Assembly: GCA_029717555.1 (NCBI GenBank)
Contig: JAMDHS010000009.1
Span: 186,001 to 250,000, forward strand
Source of the DNA: Peribolospora baueri
Lineage: Eukaryota
Reading direction: 5' to 3'
DNA: 64,000 bases
Part shown: piece after piece, positions 9,979 through 22,682 of the stretch
How positions within the stretch are numbered: the first letter of the stretch is position 1
Layout: each line of letters begins with the position of its first letter
The notes under the pieces: generated by a model
What the model was told of the DNA's origin: nothing
What the model saw: the letters and a program-made list of their open reading frames with translations, nothing else
The model's database searches: none
Translations under genes and position numbers: made by a program

Positions 9979-12751
9979 TCACCAGCCAAATTCTTCGCTG
10001 CGGAGGTACACCTCCTTCAGTGACCCGAGCTTGCCCCCCTTGCTCCTCAGGACAAGCCTCGCGTTGAGCCTCGCCACGCCGTCGGCCACATTGGTCGCCA
10101 TGCCCCTCGGCCCGCACACCGCGACGCCGAGAGACAAGGCACCCTCCTGGCCCGCGGCGAGAGCGCACTGCTCCAGGACGACGGGTAACTCGGGACGGCC
10201 GAGGTGCAATGTCCACGCAGACGGCGCTCGGTTCGACGAACGACGGTCGTGCTCTTCCGCGTCGCCTCCCGCCTCTTCCTTACCGTCGCCGTCCGCGTCG
10301 TCAGACGTGGCCGGCCCAGGTGCGGACTTGGACTCGGAGCCGTCCGTCGCCGCTTTGGGGTCGTCCGTAACGTAGATGTGGATGCAGAGCGTACCTACGG
10401 GCGCGAGCGAGACCGCCTCCAGCAGAAAGTCTTCAATCCAGGCCACCGAGGCTGGCGTCCGAGAACCAGACAAGGGACCGGTTGGGGTGCGGTAGGACGG
10501 TTCGTGTCAGAAAAGGGCGCTCGACGGTCCCGCGTTCGAATTCCGCCCGCCGCTCTGACTCACCGCTCTTCTTGATCGCCCAAACGAGCTCCACTCTCCT
10601 CGTGATGGCCGCGCCCCTCCTCGTCCCGTTCGCCTTCCTCATCCGCCGCGCGAGGTCGAGCAGGACGGGCGCGATGAACGTGCAGCCCACGCCGCCCGCG
10701 ACGAGTAGCACACGCTCGTACATGACCATACTCGCGTCGCCTCCGTACGGACCGTCCACAACCGCCGGCACGACCGTACCCGACCGACACGCCTCGGCCT
10801 TGATGGCCGCCTCCTCGTCCTCGGGACGGCCAACATGGGTGGCGAGGGCCCGGGTCCGGGAGAAGAGCTTGCGCGTAAGGCCGCCGTGTGCACGAGCCAG
10901 GACGACGATCCGGTTTTGGGCGCAGTTCAGGTCTGGAGAGGGCAGCGACGCGATCGTGAACGGGTGGTTCTCGAGCGGTGAGATGGTCGGGAAGCGGACG
11001 AAGACGTGCTGTCCCCTGCGAGCCCCCAAGTCAAGCGGCCGGTCCAGCGTTCGGAGTAGATAGAGAAGAAGGCGATGATCAGCAGACGTCGATCAACACG
11101 AGAACGGCGACGCGACGCCGCGCCGCGCCCAATTGGAGAGACGAATACACGCACGGACTCCATCTCATCGGCGTGACGCAGACCAGCCTCGTTGCCTCGT
11201 CTTCCTCGGTCGCTTCGATCCAAGCGTTGCAGCTGGTGGGCGAGAGGAAAAAATCGTTGGCGAACGCCTGTCCGCAGAGGCGCGCGAAGACGCCAGCGCC
11301 GTACAGCGCGACGGTCGACCAGAGCCAGTTCCACGATGTGAGCTCCATGTCACAGTGAATGACTGACCGAAAGGCGTCCTCGAGAATATCAGTTTCCACG
11401 CCTCGCCTCAGAATCGGTATGGAGAACAAATAGACTCACACATGAAGACGAGATAAAACTAATGTGCGACGATGGAGTAGTTCGTAAGCGGTCGGGCACA
11501 TCAACCGGAACACAGGATAGAAGGGACGGGGACTAACCAGAGCGGACACGATGTGTTGGAGGACGAAAAACTCGTAGCTGACGTTTCGGAGCCTGGCGAA
11601 GCTAGAAAAGACGAGCCAGACGAGCGCGGCGAGCGCAACGCAGCCTGGGTGCAGAGGCGCGACGGGTCAGGACAGGTCTGCCTGCTGCGCCCATCCTCGA
11701 TCCGCCGACGCAGCGGCCAGGCGCAAGGCCCGTACCGGGTAGTGTAGTCTTAGCCTCACCGTTCCAGTATTGAGGGCTGCTGTAGAAGTAGGCATATAGG
11801 TTGGAAGGCCCTGCGTCGCGCAGAGGCTGGATTATGAACCTGAGCGGCAAAGACAGGAGGCGGGGGAAGAAAACAGGAACGCAGTCGGTCCCGTCGCGTT
11901 CCCTTGTCCGATCAATGGATGAACAGACGAGCCAAGACGTACGGGAGGGTGTGGACGACCGAGAAGAAAAGGGCGATGCGGGCTGCGTATTGGTGAAAGA
12001 TCTTGGACGGAGAGACGGGACGGAGAAGCTGGGTTCAGGAGGCGACGACGAGCTTTGCGCGCCCCGCCGCGCGCCCTCTTCCCCTCGCCGGTCGGCACTC
12101 TCTGGCGCCAGCGCTCGCTCACCTGCAGCCGCTCGTGGCCCAGGCCAGTGACGAGGGTGATAAAGTTGAACTTTCCTGCCAAGCCGAAGATGAACGGCGT
12201 GAAAGCGAGGGCGATCCATCCGCCACGGATGGCCAACGGCGGGCTACCCCATTCCCGCGTCAGGCGGTAGTACGGCAGTGTGCCAAAGGCCCAGCAGGTG
12301 AGCGCGACGAAAAAAGCCGATATCATAATTGTCGGTCCTAGGGGTGGAAGGCCGAGGCAGGATGTGACGCGTTGACGATAGGACAGGGTGCGGAAGAGGG
12401 CGACGATGCGAGCGTATCCGGGCGAGGAGAGGAGCCGAGAGGAGACGGACGGCCTCCAAAGGCGCAGCAAACGCAAGCAGTAAACGAGAGCGGCAACGCC
12501 GATGAAGGCGAGGATGATATAGGTCACGTCTACATTTTGTCAGGTGGGGAAAAGGTTCGTCGCCGATACGAACGATCAGAGATCCGACAAAGGAGCGCAG
12601 ATTGCGCGTTTGCCAGCCATCGTGAACCAAACAAGACGGACTCCTCACCTCGAGCCCAATGGTCTGCATAGTACCACGAGTCATGGTGTTCCATGGCAGC
12701 CTTCCTCACCGCCGAAGGCGGTGTGTCCGGAGAATTTGGGCCGTGGATCAT
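9979..12751 (-). CDS. Ferric/cupric-chelate reductase (FRE/NOX family, transmembrane + FAD + NADPH domains)
   Basis: Multi-exon. TM segment 'SPPLAIRGGWIALAFTPFIFGLAGKFNFITLVTGLGHERLQ'; FAD motif 'ENHPFTIASLP'; NADPH motifs 'VDGPYGG', 'LLVAGGVG', 'VAVCGP'; C-terminal 'EEFGW*'. Confidence 0.92.
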
Positions 12752-14179
12752 GATGAGATGGAGGACAGTCGAGCGTAGTCGATCCGAGCTGGGGCGAACT
12801 TGGACGATGGCTGGGCGAAGGCAGGATAAAAAAAAAAAGAAAGGACGGAACTGGAAAGTGGGGCCCGTCCAGGGACGGAAAGAGGATATCGTCGGGTCTC
12901 TGGTCCGTAAAAAGCTATCGGAGTCAGTAAGAATGGTGCGTGCCAAGTAAGAATCGGGAGAACCCGCGTGCCCGCAAGGACGAGGGGCGATCAGTAACCA
13001 TTAGAATGTGCCTGGGCAAGGCTGGACGGGTCCTGACTTTTGACTGGCCATGAGGTCAAAGGAACCAGGGCGGCAGGGTTAGTCATAAATGGCTGTCACA
13101 TGCGAGCGCCACCCTCAGGGCCGACGCTTTGGAAACGGGTGTCGCCATTAATGGCAGAGGATGCAAACGGAGCAAGCTGGAGCTGAATGAACAAGTCAAA
13201 TCCACGCCGTACCGCGATCAACTGATCATGCATCAGAAGAGCACACAAGACGAGGAGCTACGAGGAGACAGACGTCAGATGTCTGTGAAGGAAAGGGCCT
13301 TTGGAACAAATGGTCAGCGACGTCAACGACTTGTGCAGACGGCGGGTTGACCGTTTCGCGTCTCGTAAGGCTCCGATCGGTCACGCAAGGCGGAACGATC
13401 GAAGACAGCCTCGGGCTATTGCCGAGCGAGGGTGCTGGCGGTCGGGCGCGTTATCGATGGGGCTACTCAGCGGTTACGCGCATGGAAGTGTCGAGAACCG
13501 GGAGATGGGAAGTGGCGTGGGAGAACGGTCAGGGCGGCGACAGGACGGTTCGGGACGGAGCCCGCGGGTCCGTGAGCAAGAGAAGTGAGCGGGGCGGAGC
13601 GAGCGCGACGAGGAGAGGAGTTCGCCCGACGTGAAAGAATAAGGTGAGCAGACGCAGCACGATCGGACTGAAAGGGAGGTGAGCTCTGTCGAGTTGGAGG
13701 GCAAAGGGGCAAGGGACGAGCGTGCTGAGTGAATGTGGGTGAACGCGAACAAGGGGACGAAAAGATGAGACGAGCGTCGCATGTGTGGTCATGAGCTGGG
13801 CCAAAGAAGGCTAACGTTCCGACATCGAGGCCAGCGGAAATGGGATGAGCGGCAGTGTGAGAGACGTGTTGCAGTGAAGAGGTGGGAAAGGAAACGTCGG
13901 AGCGGGTGGGGGGCCAGGAGTAGGAAGCGCTCTTTATACGTCTGCTGGGGCTAAAATCGCGCATCCAGCCGCCGCTCTCCTTCCGCACGCCGTTTCCGCC
14001 GGCACGCCGATCATCTGTCGGCCGGCTAGAATAGCATTCACTACCACTACCTGCTGGTGCGTCGTCATGTGCTCTGAACAGCCAGAGCTGTGTTGCCCAA
14101 AGAGGCAGACGGCGCTGTTTTTTTTACGACGCCGAGTCCACGACCGAAAGGCGCCCCTCTAGTCGAGGGATGCCTTCTC

Positions 14180-14473
14180 TTTCGATCTTCCTTGAGCGCC
14201 GCACGTGCTCCGGTACGCCAAAAGCGATAGTGTTTCTCGGTGAGCTTTGGAACTCCGGACAACCATCCCGCGGAAAGTCTTGTACCGTGTCGGTCATGAT
14301 GGCAAGTGGCGATGCTGGTGGGCTCTGGTGTGGAGGAAGACGTATGATGCTAGGCTCATAACCTATTGGGGACCCCGTGTATTTTCCCCCTTTCACCAGG
14401 CAGACCCTTCTACTCGTATACACAGCAAAGGAAAAAAAGTTCGGGAAAACGAGTGATGACGACGACATCGACA
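14180..14473 (-). mobile_element. Degenerate Ty1/copia LTR-retrotransposon relic (candidate short LTR + PBS + frameshifted gag start)
   Basis: Minus strand: TG...CA segment 14473-14367, then ATA-GGTTATGAGCC (14363-14353, copia/Ty5-type half-tRNAiMet PBS), then ATG at 14297 and, after a frameshift, 'VPKLTEKHYRFWRTGARAALK' resembling a copia gag N-terminus. Confidence 0.6.
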
Positions 14474-14555
14474 ATGAGGAGGGACAAAAAAATAGGGAGG
14501 GACGAGGCTGGCCGCCCCTTTCTTGCTTTCTTCCATCCCTTCCTCCTTCCTTCGC

Positions 14556-16799
14556 TCAGTGGCCGATCTCTTTGATCACGTCCGATTCGCTCCCTAGCGG
14601 GCCCTTGTAGGACCTGCGCGCGCCGGCGAACCAGAAAGCGAGGGAGAAGAGTGCGACAGCGGCGCAGACGACGACGGCGTAGTTCCTTCGTAGTGAGGTG
14701 GGCGTCGGGAGAAAGGAGCGAGCGACGGGGCGTCGTCAGATTTAAACCCGAGCGTGGCTCACGGAAGAGGGAGGCGTTGTACGGGGGAACAGGAGGGACT
14801 CACATGTTGTCTTTTGTCACGGGGTACTCGGTGGGGAAAAAGAGGATGACGGCAATCACGGACACCCAGCAGACCGCGATGGCGTTCACGAGCTTGCCGT
14901 ACCGGCCCAGGGACCAAGGACCGGGCTTGAACGGCACGCGGTGCTCCCACACGCGCTTGGCAATGATGATGGCGATGTAGGAGATGTCGAGTGCCGGTGC
15001 GGTTACGTTGAAAATAGCGGCTATGGTGATCGGAGATCCGAGGCCTATGAGTACGAGACAGGAGCAAAACACCCAGACCAAGATGACTGCGTTGAGCGGC
15101 GTCCGGGTCCAGCGGTTCACCTTGGACCATACTCTGCAAGTCGAGTCGAGAGGTCAAGGTAAGTGGAGGCGATTGGTTCAACATGGACGGTTCAGGCGGA
15201 CGTTGACGGCCATTCATCAGCGGCTCACCTCGACAGGGGCAAGGCTCCGTCTCGAGCGAGAGCGTATGCAGTGCGGGTGGTGCCCAGCATGGTGCTGCAG
15301 CCGGCGAACCATTGGATGAGGATGACCCAGAAGAACATGGCCAAGCCCCCGCTCTTTCCACCGGCATCAAACATGACCTGGGCGGTGACGAGGCCAGTCT
15401 GCGAGTTGAGAGCGCGGTCGAGGTCTCCGCAGCAGAAGCAGATGGCGATGCAGAGCAACTCGCCGAAGATGAAGCTGGCTATGACGGCTTGGGTGATCGC
15501 CACGGGACCGCGGATGGCGGCGCTCCGAGTCTCCTCCGACAGGTGGGCGGTGGCATCGTAATCGGTCATCGTCCAGCAGACGGAAAGGAAGCCGAGCATG
15601 AAGGAGAACCCCTTGGAGCCCCAGCCGCTGCCTTCGGTGATATGCCCGAATACCCACGAAGCCGAGTGTTTGTCTTTGGTCAGGACGAGGAGAGCGATGG
15701 AAATGGCTACAGAGCCAACGACTGGAGGCGGACACAAAAAAGAAGGGGTGGGAAGGTGAGATAAGGGGCGTGAGATCAGGGGGGCTTCTTGGCGAGCTCA
15801 ACCCGCCACCCATCAGGCTCACTGTTGATGGGAGCAAACGACTGCACGAGTTTGGCGAGGTGCTTGGTCGCCAGGGAATTGACGCAAGCCATGGCGAACA
15901 GGACGGCCACGGTGACGCCGACGATCTGGCTTTGGGTGGGGGTGTAACTGAACGTGTTTGTGACGGGGTCGTAGTCATCACTGGCCATGGTAACGCAAGC
16001 CATGATCATCTGACCGACGGAGTAGCCTGACGGACGAACGGGAGCCGGTCAGTGCAACGCTTTGGAACAGGGTGGATTGGAGAGGAAAAGCGCGCTCACC
16101 GATAGATGCAATGCCCGCGCTTTGACCGAGAAGACTCGCCCATCCGATGACCCAGGCCAGCAAAGGAACTTTGTCTTGAGGTACGACGTGCTTGGTAACA
16201 AAGTACATGCCTCCGGCCGTCGGATACGCCGAGACCAGTTCGGCGATGGACGAAGCGAGAAGGAAGGAGAACAACGATCCGACTCCCCAACACCACACAG
16301 CGGCAGAAGGTCCGGCTGCGCTCAAAGGATAGTTAATGGAAGCTGGCACGCTGCCGAGGACTGACGATTCCAGGCGATGGGATCGACACGAAAGGTCGAT
16401 CAGCATCCAGCGGGGATCACCATATCATCATCAAGGCGAGCGACGCCATGTCGATTTAACCAATCAATTAATCTATGAAGAGCTTCAATTTTTGGAGAGA
16501 CCGTTATCCGCTCACCTCCCATGACCGAAATGGCGTACGATAGCGTGGACCATCGCGTGAATTCTCGCTTGAACTCCTGTGGACGGCAAAGCAGGGCTCA
16601 GCTCGATCGTCTGTGCTCACGATCAGGGCCTATACCCCGCACTCCCACGACGCACCTGCTTGATGCCCAAGGCGGCGAGGTCCTCCGCGTTGTCGACCAC
16701 CGACACCGCGTTGGCCTCGTTGGCCTCGAACACCTGGACGTGGCTCCTCGCCGGAGCACTGGCCTTGAATTCTGCGATGGACTTTTCGTCGTTGGACAT
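14556..16799 (-). CDS. Amino acid/polyamine/GABA permease (APC superfamily, UGA4/TPO5/HNM1-like)
   Basis: Spliced: 'LAALGIKQ|EFKREFTRWSTLSYAISVMG|VLGSVPAS...AELVSAYPTAGGMYF', 'CWTMTDYDATAHLSEET', 'AYALARDGALPLS', 'FKPGPWSLGRYG', 'DNM|NYAVVV...ARRSYKGP...IGH*'. Confidence 0.93.
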
Positions 16800-16969
16800 G
16801 GCGTGCGAGGTGCTTGACTGTTCAGAGACAAGGTGATGAAACGAGCGCCTGTCCGGTCAGTCGTGATTAATAAAGGTCTTGGTGAGGAAGTCTCTCGTAA
16901 GGGACAGTCTGCATGGATGCCTGTTTATGCATGTTCCATGGTCTAGCTATAGCTCGGTGATGACGGCAC

Positions 16970-17274
16970 GATAAGAGAGCAGGGCGCGTGGAGCGGAGTC
17001 GGAACGGCGTCTCTCTCCCATCCTACGAGACGATAAAGGGCGGGGGCGGAAATGGGTGCTCTAGAACGGTACGATGAGATCAGGCGAAGAACTGCGAGCG
17101 GGCGACGCATGCCAGACGTGGATAAGATGTAGTAGCACACGTGCAACGCCGGGCGGTTAAGTCGGAGATTGGTCGCACAGGCAGGCGGCAAAAGTACGTG
17201 CGACCGTTCGTTCGTTCGTTCGTCGCTCCAGGCTCATAGAGCGATCCGAGCGAAGAGAGAACGGGACTGATAAG
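16970..17274. promoter_or_regulatory. Cluster of four GATAA elements upstream of the permease (candidate AreA/Nit2 nitrogen-regulation sites)
   Basis: GATAAG 16970, GATAAA 17032, GATAAG 17121, GATAAG 17269; all in the same orientation, 170-480 bp upstream of the ATG. Confidence 0.5.
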
Positions 17275-18806
17275 GAAGGGCTGGCCTCGAGATAGACGCT
17301 TGGAACCCTGTTCTTGCGCCTGAGGCGAGGATCTGTGGGGCGCATGGAGAAGACGAAGATGGAAACAAAAAAACCGTCGAGAAGCAGATCCGGGACGAGC
17401 AAGTGGAAGCCACTCGCATATCAGATAGAAGCTTACTGAGAACGCCGAACGAAATACAGCGCAGCGAGCGCATCCTACCTGCTGTCTCACATCGTCCCGA
17501 TTGCGGTCGTCGCTGGCGCCACATCGACCGACGTCGGTCGATCCTCACTCATAAACTGATCGTCGCCCGCCGCTGTGAATCGCCGAGAGTGGCGATGAGC
17601 ACGATGCACTTGACGGGGACTGCGGGGAAGAGCGCAAGACGCCGATCCGATCCGAAGGCGAGCGGGTGATGGAACTGGCCGACGGGAGCGAACGCTGGAG
17701 TGAGACACGATCAGCGGCTATATCGATTGTGCGCTGGCTGCCCTCTGGCTCATCCTTGATTCTTGTCTTTCTGCTCGCCTCGTCCTTGCTCGTACACTCG
17801 ACATGGACCTCCATCTCGCACCATTTCGAACCCCAGCACGCTCGGAAGCTGGAGGCTGCAGCTGACTGCCCATTTCCAGACGGGCGTACGAGGTGCGCAT
17901 CGGCAGCGGCTCGGAGCGGGGAACAAAGACATGAGCTGGTTCATTCACGTGGCGCGCACGACGCGACCTCTTTTGTCTTCTTTCTTTTTTTCCATTTTTT
18001 TTTTCCATTTTCCTTTTTCCTTTCCTTTCTTTTCTTTTCTTTTTGTTTTTTGTCCTGTCAGTCCCGTGTCTTTGTCTCTCTTTCCGTTTGTCTAGGTGTT
18101 CGTTGTCATTAGTAGCTAGGACCGACGAAGAGGACCGCCAGTGGACCGCCTCTCCGAGCCGGGCTCGAGGCCAAGCGTCCGGGCGCAGCTCCGCAGCCTC
18201 ACCGTGAGACATGCATAGCCAGGTGACGATCGCCGCCACGCGAGCGAGGCGTTACAAATCGGGAAGGCGGCCAATACAACGGATTACAGCGCCGGGAAAG
18301 GGGCCCCGGGTTAGGGTTACGGCGAATAGGCCACGACCACGCCGCCAGGCTCGGCTTGAAGTGGGCGTTAGCGCGGGGTCAGGGGTAAGGGGATCGGCAG
18401 GTGGTTAATCGTCGGACTAGAAATGGCGACGATCATTACAAAGGGATGAAAATGCCCGAGCGTCGGCTCAATTGCGCCGCGCTGCGGCTGGCACGCTCCT
18501 TCTTCCCTTTCCCCCTCGGACCAGCCGGCCGCGCATCGCCTCGTCTGTGGCCCGCTTGGCCTCCTCCTTCCTTTTCGCCTCCATCCTCGCCCCCACTACT
18601 TCTTCATCCACTACCACCATCTCAACACCACCTCGACCACCGGCCCGTCGCCCTGCCCTCCACCTTCTTCCCGACTGTCTCTTCCAACACGCTCCTTCCT
18701 CCCACCAGCCTTGACGGTTCGCGCTTGACGCCCCCTGCACCACCCCCCCACATCCCAGGTAACTAGCCCTACTCCCCTTTGTCCTCCAGCCAACCAGCCA
18801 GACACG

Positions 18807-19942
18807 ATGTACACCGGCCGCTTCCTCCCTCTTCTCGCCGCGCTTCTTGCCGTCTCCTTTGTTGCCGACGTGGACGCTTCCACCGGCCACCACGCCCGCG
18901 CCGGTCACCACAAGGCCGTTCGCCGCGGCACGGCAGCCGCCCACAAGCGCTCCAAGGGCTCGTGCGCCAACAACAACAACAGCAACAACAACAACGGCGC
19001 CTCCAGCTCGTCCGTCGCCTACTCCGCGGCCAACTGGGCCGCTTCCGCTGTCTCCAGCAGCAGCAGTAGCAGCGCGTCGCCTAAGCCCACCGGCAGCAAC
19101 GGTAATGCTGGCTCGATCGTCAGCAGCCTCGGCTCTTCCGTCAGCTCTTCCGTCAAGGGCCTCTTTGGCGTGTCCTCGCCGCAGTGCGGCTCGAGCGGCG
19201 CTATGAACAAGACTACCACGACCGCCGGCCCCAACGGCTCGGAGAAGTTCCTCACCTGCGGCCTCAGCTCCCAGAACAAGAACTCCCCCTGGACGCCGCC
19301 CAAGGTGACCCTCGACCAGCTCCAGTACACCGACCTCGACACGGCGCTCGCCAAGCCCAACTCGATCTTTTCACCCTGCAAGCCCTATGTCCAGTACTTC
19401 AAGAAGTACGGCCAGCTGTACAACATTCCTCCCATCCTCCTGGCCTCGTTCGCCATGCAGGAGTCCACGTGCAACCCCAACACGACGGGAGACGATGGCG
19501 GAGCCTTCGGTCTGATGCAGATCACCAAGGACAAGTGTGGCGGTGCGCCCGGCGGCAACTGCGCCGACCCCAACTTCAACGTGAACAAGGGCGCCCAGTA
19601 CTTTGCCGGACTCCTCAAGCAGTATGGAGGTGACTTCCTTCAGGCCGCCGGTGCCTACAACGGCTGGTACAAGGGAATGACCTACAACGACGCGATCAAG
19701 ATCAAGTCGCAGTGCTGCGCGTGCCAGCAGAACCTTGACTACGTCTTCCAGCTCGTCTCCGTGAGTTGACCTTCGCCGACGAGGCAGCATCGTCGTTCCT
19801 CCAACGAATGAGGTCAAGTACTGACTCGACGACGACCCGCGCTCCACATTTTTCATTCCTACCCCAGGGCTGGATGTTGGGCGTCGATGTGTACTCTCAG
19901 AACATGGGCTCCTTCCAGAACCTCAAGGACTGTGGCAACTAG
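18807..19942 (+). CDS. Secreted glycoside hydrolase family 23 / SLT lytic-transglycosylase-like protein
   Basis: Signal peptide (MYTGRFLPLLAALLAVSFVADVDA), Ser/Asn-rich linker, catalytic motifs 'LLASFAMQESTCNP', 'GLMQI', 'GAYNG'. Intron 19761-19867; last exon GWMLGVDVY...DCGN*. Confidence 0.9.
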
Positions 19943-20503
19943 GCCGGTAACCTAAGGCACCCTTGGCCATCGGTCTGTCGCCGTCGCATACGTTCACGCG
20001 CATCACGACCCGTACGCCGAGTCAGGTCTACATCACCACTGGTCTAAATGGCACCTATCTCACGCTATGTTACCCCCTTCTCGTCGGTATTTTCTTTCTG
20101 CCTCCAGCCCCAGGTCCGGGCTTTCTGTATTTACCCTTCGGCCTACGATGACCCCCGGTTCGGGCTCGTCCTCTCGTCCCTTTTTCCTCCTTGCCTCGTC
20201 CGCCCTTGCCCCCGCCTCTCGAGGGCATGTGCCTTGATCCCCTCCTCGTGCGGTATCTAGTTCTCTTTTGGCGCTGAGCGCCTCGATTCGCATCGCGTCA
20301 ACGGTGTGCATGCGCAATCGCCTATTTTGGACATGGGAATGCATTCATGTGGTACTGCTCGTAAACTACGCTGTCGTGCGGTCGTGAGAGCGTGTCTGGA
20401 GCGGAAGTGGCGGGCTTCATTTGCGTGCGACGACGCACGTCCGCTTCGTAGCTCTCTCTACCTGAGCCAACATCGTCTCGTGCGCCGGAAGGACGTCAAG
20501 TCC

Positions 20504-22568
20504 TTACGACCGCTCATCCTCCTCCCCCACCTCAAACAACGTCCCATCCATCCCACCTTGCGCCAACAACGCGCTACCTGCCTCAGCGCCGCCGGCCATC
20601 GCATACGAATGGGACGGGGACGGGGATCGGGATCGGGACCGGTCTCGAAACCCTAGCCGGATCTCGGCCGTGAGTTGTTCGAGGCGGGCCAACGCGGCAG
20701 GGTCGACGGGGAAGGTGATGCCGTCGTGGTGACTGGTGGAGAATGGGGAAGGCGCGAGGACGAGGAAAAAAGTCACTGGTCGTCAACGGTTTTGCTCGGC
20801 TGGGGAGAAGGAACGGATGGACGGAAAGATAGAGAGATTGGGGGTGGGGGGTGGGGGGAAGAAAAGGGACGGTCCGCCTCCAACAAATTCTTCCCAACTC
20901 ACACGTCGTCCACCGGCACGGCCCACATCCACCAACTGTTGCCCATGACCTGCGTCCAGTTGCGCCTCCAACCCACGTCGTAGATGTTGAGCGCGCTGGC
21001 CTGCTTGAGCGCCCGACGCTCCTCTCTCGTCAACAGCTCGTCGGGGCGCCACGATGGGGAGGCCGGGGCGCTGCGGCCGGGAATCGTAGAAAGCTGGCCG
21101 GGTGATCGGGGAGCGGTCGGGGAGCCGGCGGGAACGGGGGCATCTTCATCGGAAGCATGGCGTCTTTCGGTGGCGGCTTCGAGGTTCCCGCTCGTTCTCA
21201 CGTCCGCGTCGTCATCGTCACGTTTTCTCCTCCTCCTCCTCAATCCCACCCTACCCAACCCCTCCATCTGTTCGAGGGTGGTGCGATTGTGAAGGATAAG
21301 GTAGAGGTGATAGAAAGTGAAGCCGGCGAGAGAGAGGGACATTACGAAGGCCAGGATGAGAAGGAGTGCCCAGGAGATGGGCGACGTTTCAAAGCCCTGT
21401 CCGAAGGCGAGCGGGGTAGAAAAGGGGCAGAAGAGAAAAGCGACCGTCCGTCAGCGCGAGGGGTGACGGGGCGGGCGGGCGGCGGCGAAGGCAAGGCAGA
21501 CTCACGTCGGTCTCGTGTGCGACATAGTCGAACAGACCGCGACCGCTCTCCACGGCGCAAAAGATGCAAAGCAAGGTACAATAGGTGATGAAGAGGAAGA
21601 AGGGCTTGTGATTGCGGAGACCGACGCAGCGATTTGCCAGCCATGGGCAGTGGTGCTGGGAAAGGGACGGAGACGAGGTGAGGTGTCAGCTGTCGAGTTC
21701 AACCTTGGGACCGACGATGGCTGAGAGGCTCACGTCCATCTGAACAGCGATTCCCGAGTTCGGATCCACAACCAAGAGAGCGCAAAGATCAGTCACGCAT
21801 CCGTGCCTCAAAAAAGAGCCAAGTACAACTCCACGGGCGCTCACTCTGAGGACGCAGATCCCACAGCTTGAGCAATGGTGCGTTCGATCGGGCTTGGGAC
21901 ATCGACACTTGGAGCACCACCTCGGCGTTCCGTCGCTTTTGACCGTCAGGTTGGCCAGCAGGCGCTGTTGCGCCGGAGAAGCGGACGTCTGTCTTCTCCT
22001 TATGGGGTCGGAAGGGGCGAGGTGGATCGAGTCACGTACCAGTCCTCTCCCTCCTTCGCTGTCTTCCTCCTCCTCCGCTACCTCCAACAGACCCCGCGTG
22101 GCTTCGTCATCCTGCGCATGAGCGCGCACATGCCCTATCCCCTCCTCCACACCCCTCCCTGTTTCTCCACCCCCGGCAGTTGCAAATCCGAGGGAGTATT
22201 TCGGGCTGCCTGGACCTCTGGACACGGCAGCAATGAGACTCCAGAGCATGAGGCCGGCGAGGAGGTGGTAGACGATCAAGCGCGCGGAGCCGAGCAGGTG
22301 ATCGTGACGACGCGAGAGGGTATACTCTATGCCGAGGGTTATGACAAAGGCGTAGTAGGAGAAGGCAACGAGAAGAATAATGACTGGAGAGGCGTGGAGA
22401 GGAAGCGGAAACGCTCAGCGACGACCTCGTCCTTTTCTTCTCCTTCTTCGCTCGTCGGTCGGACTCACTGCAAAACGGCAGCCACCTCGCGCCCCGGAAC
22501 ATCCTCGCAGTCCATGGGTTTGTGCGCTCGTTGGGCGAGCAGTCGAAGGGCTCTTGTACGACTATCAT
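20504..22568 (-). CDS. DHHC-type palmitoyltransferase (Pfa3/ZDHHC2-like)
   Basis: 'RWCSKCRCPKPDRTHHCSSCGICVLR|MD|HHCPWLANRCVGLRNHKPFFLF', 'FYHLYLILHNRTTLE', 'NIYDVGWRRNWTQVMG', 'DGITFP'. The start codon is uncertain. Confidence 0.9.
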
Positions 22569-22682
22569 CTCGTCCTTGTCTTTTTCATCCCATCTCGGCT
22601 CGTCTCGTCTTGTCTCCTTCTCAGTGACGATGGCTGTGAATCATCGTCTCTTGTCTCGAGCGTCGGTGATCGACGTTTGGGT

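Noticed and set aside
12752..13100. Iron-responsive GATA (Urbs1/SreA) or Mac1 sites upstream of the ferric reductase
   Set aside because: Only isolated GATA-like hexamers; no clear extended ATCWGATAA or TTTGCTC consensus.
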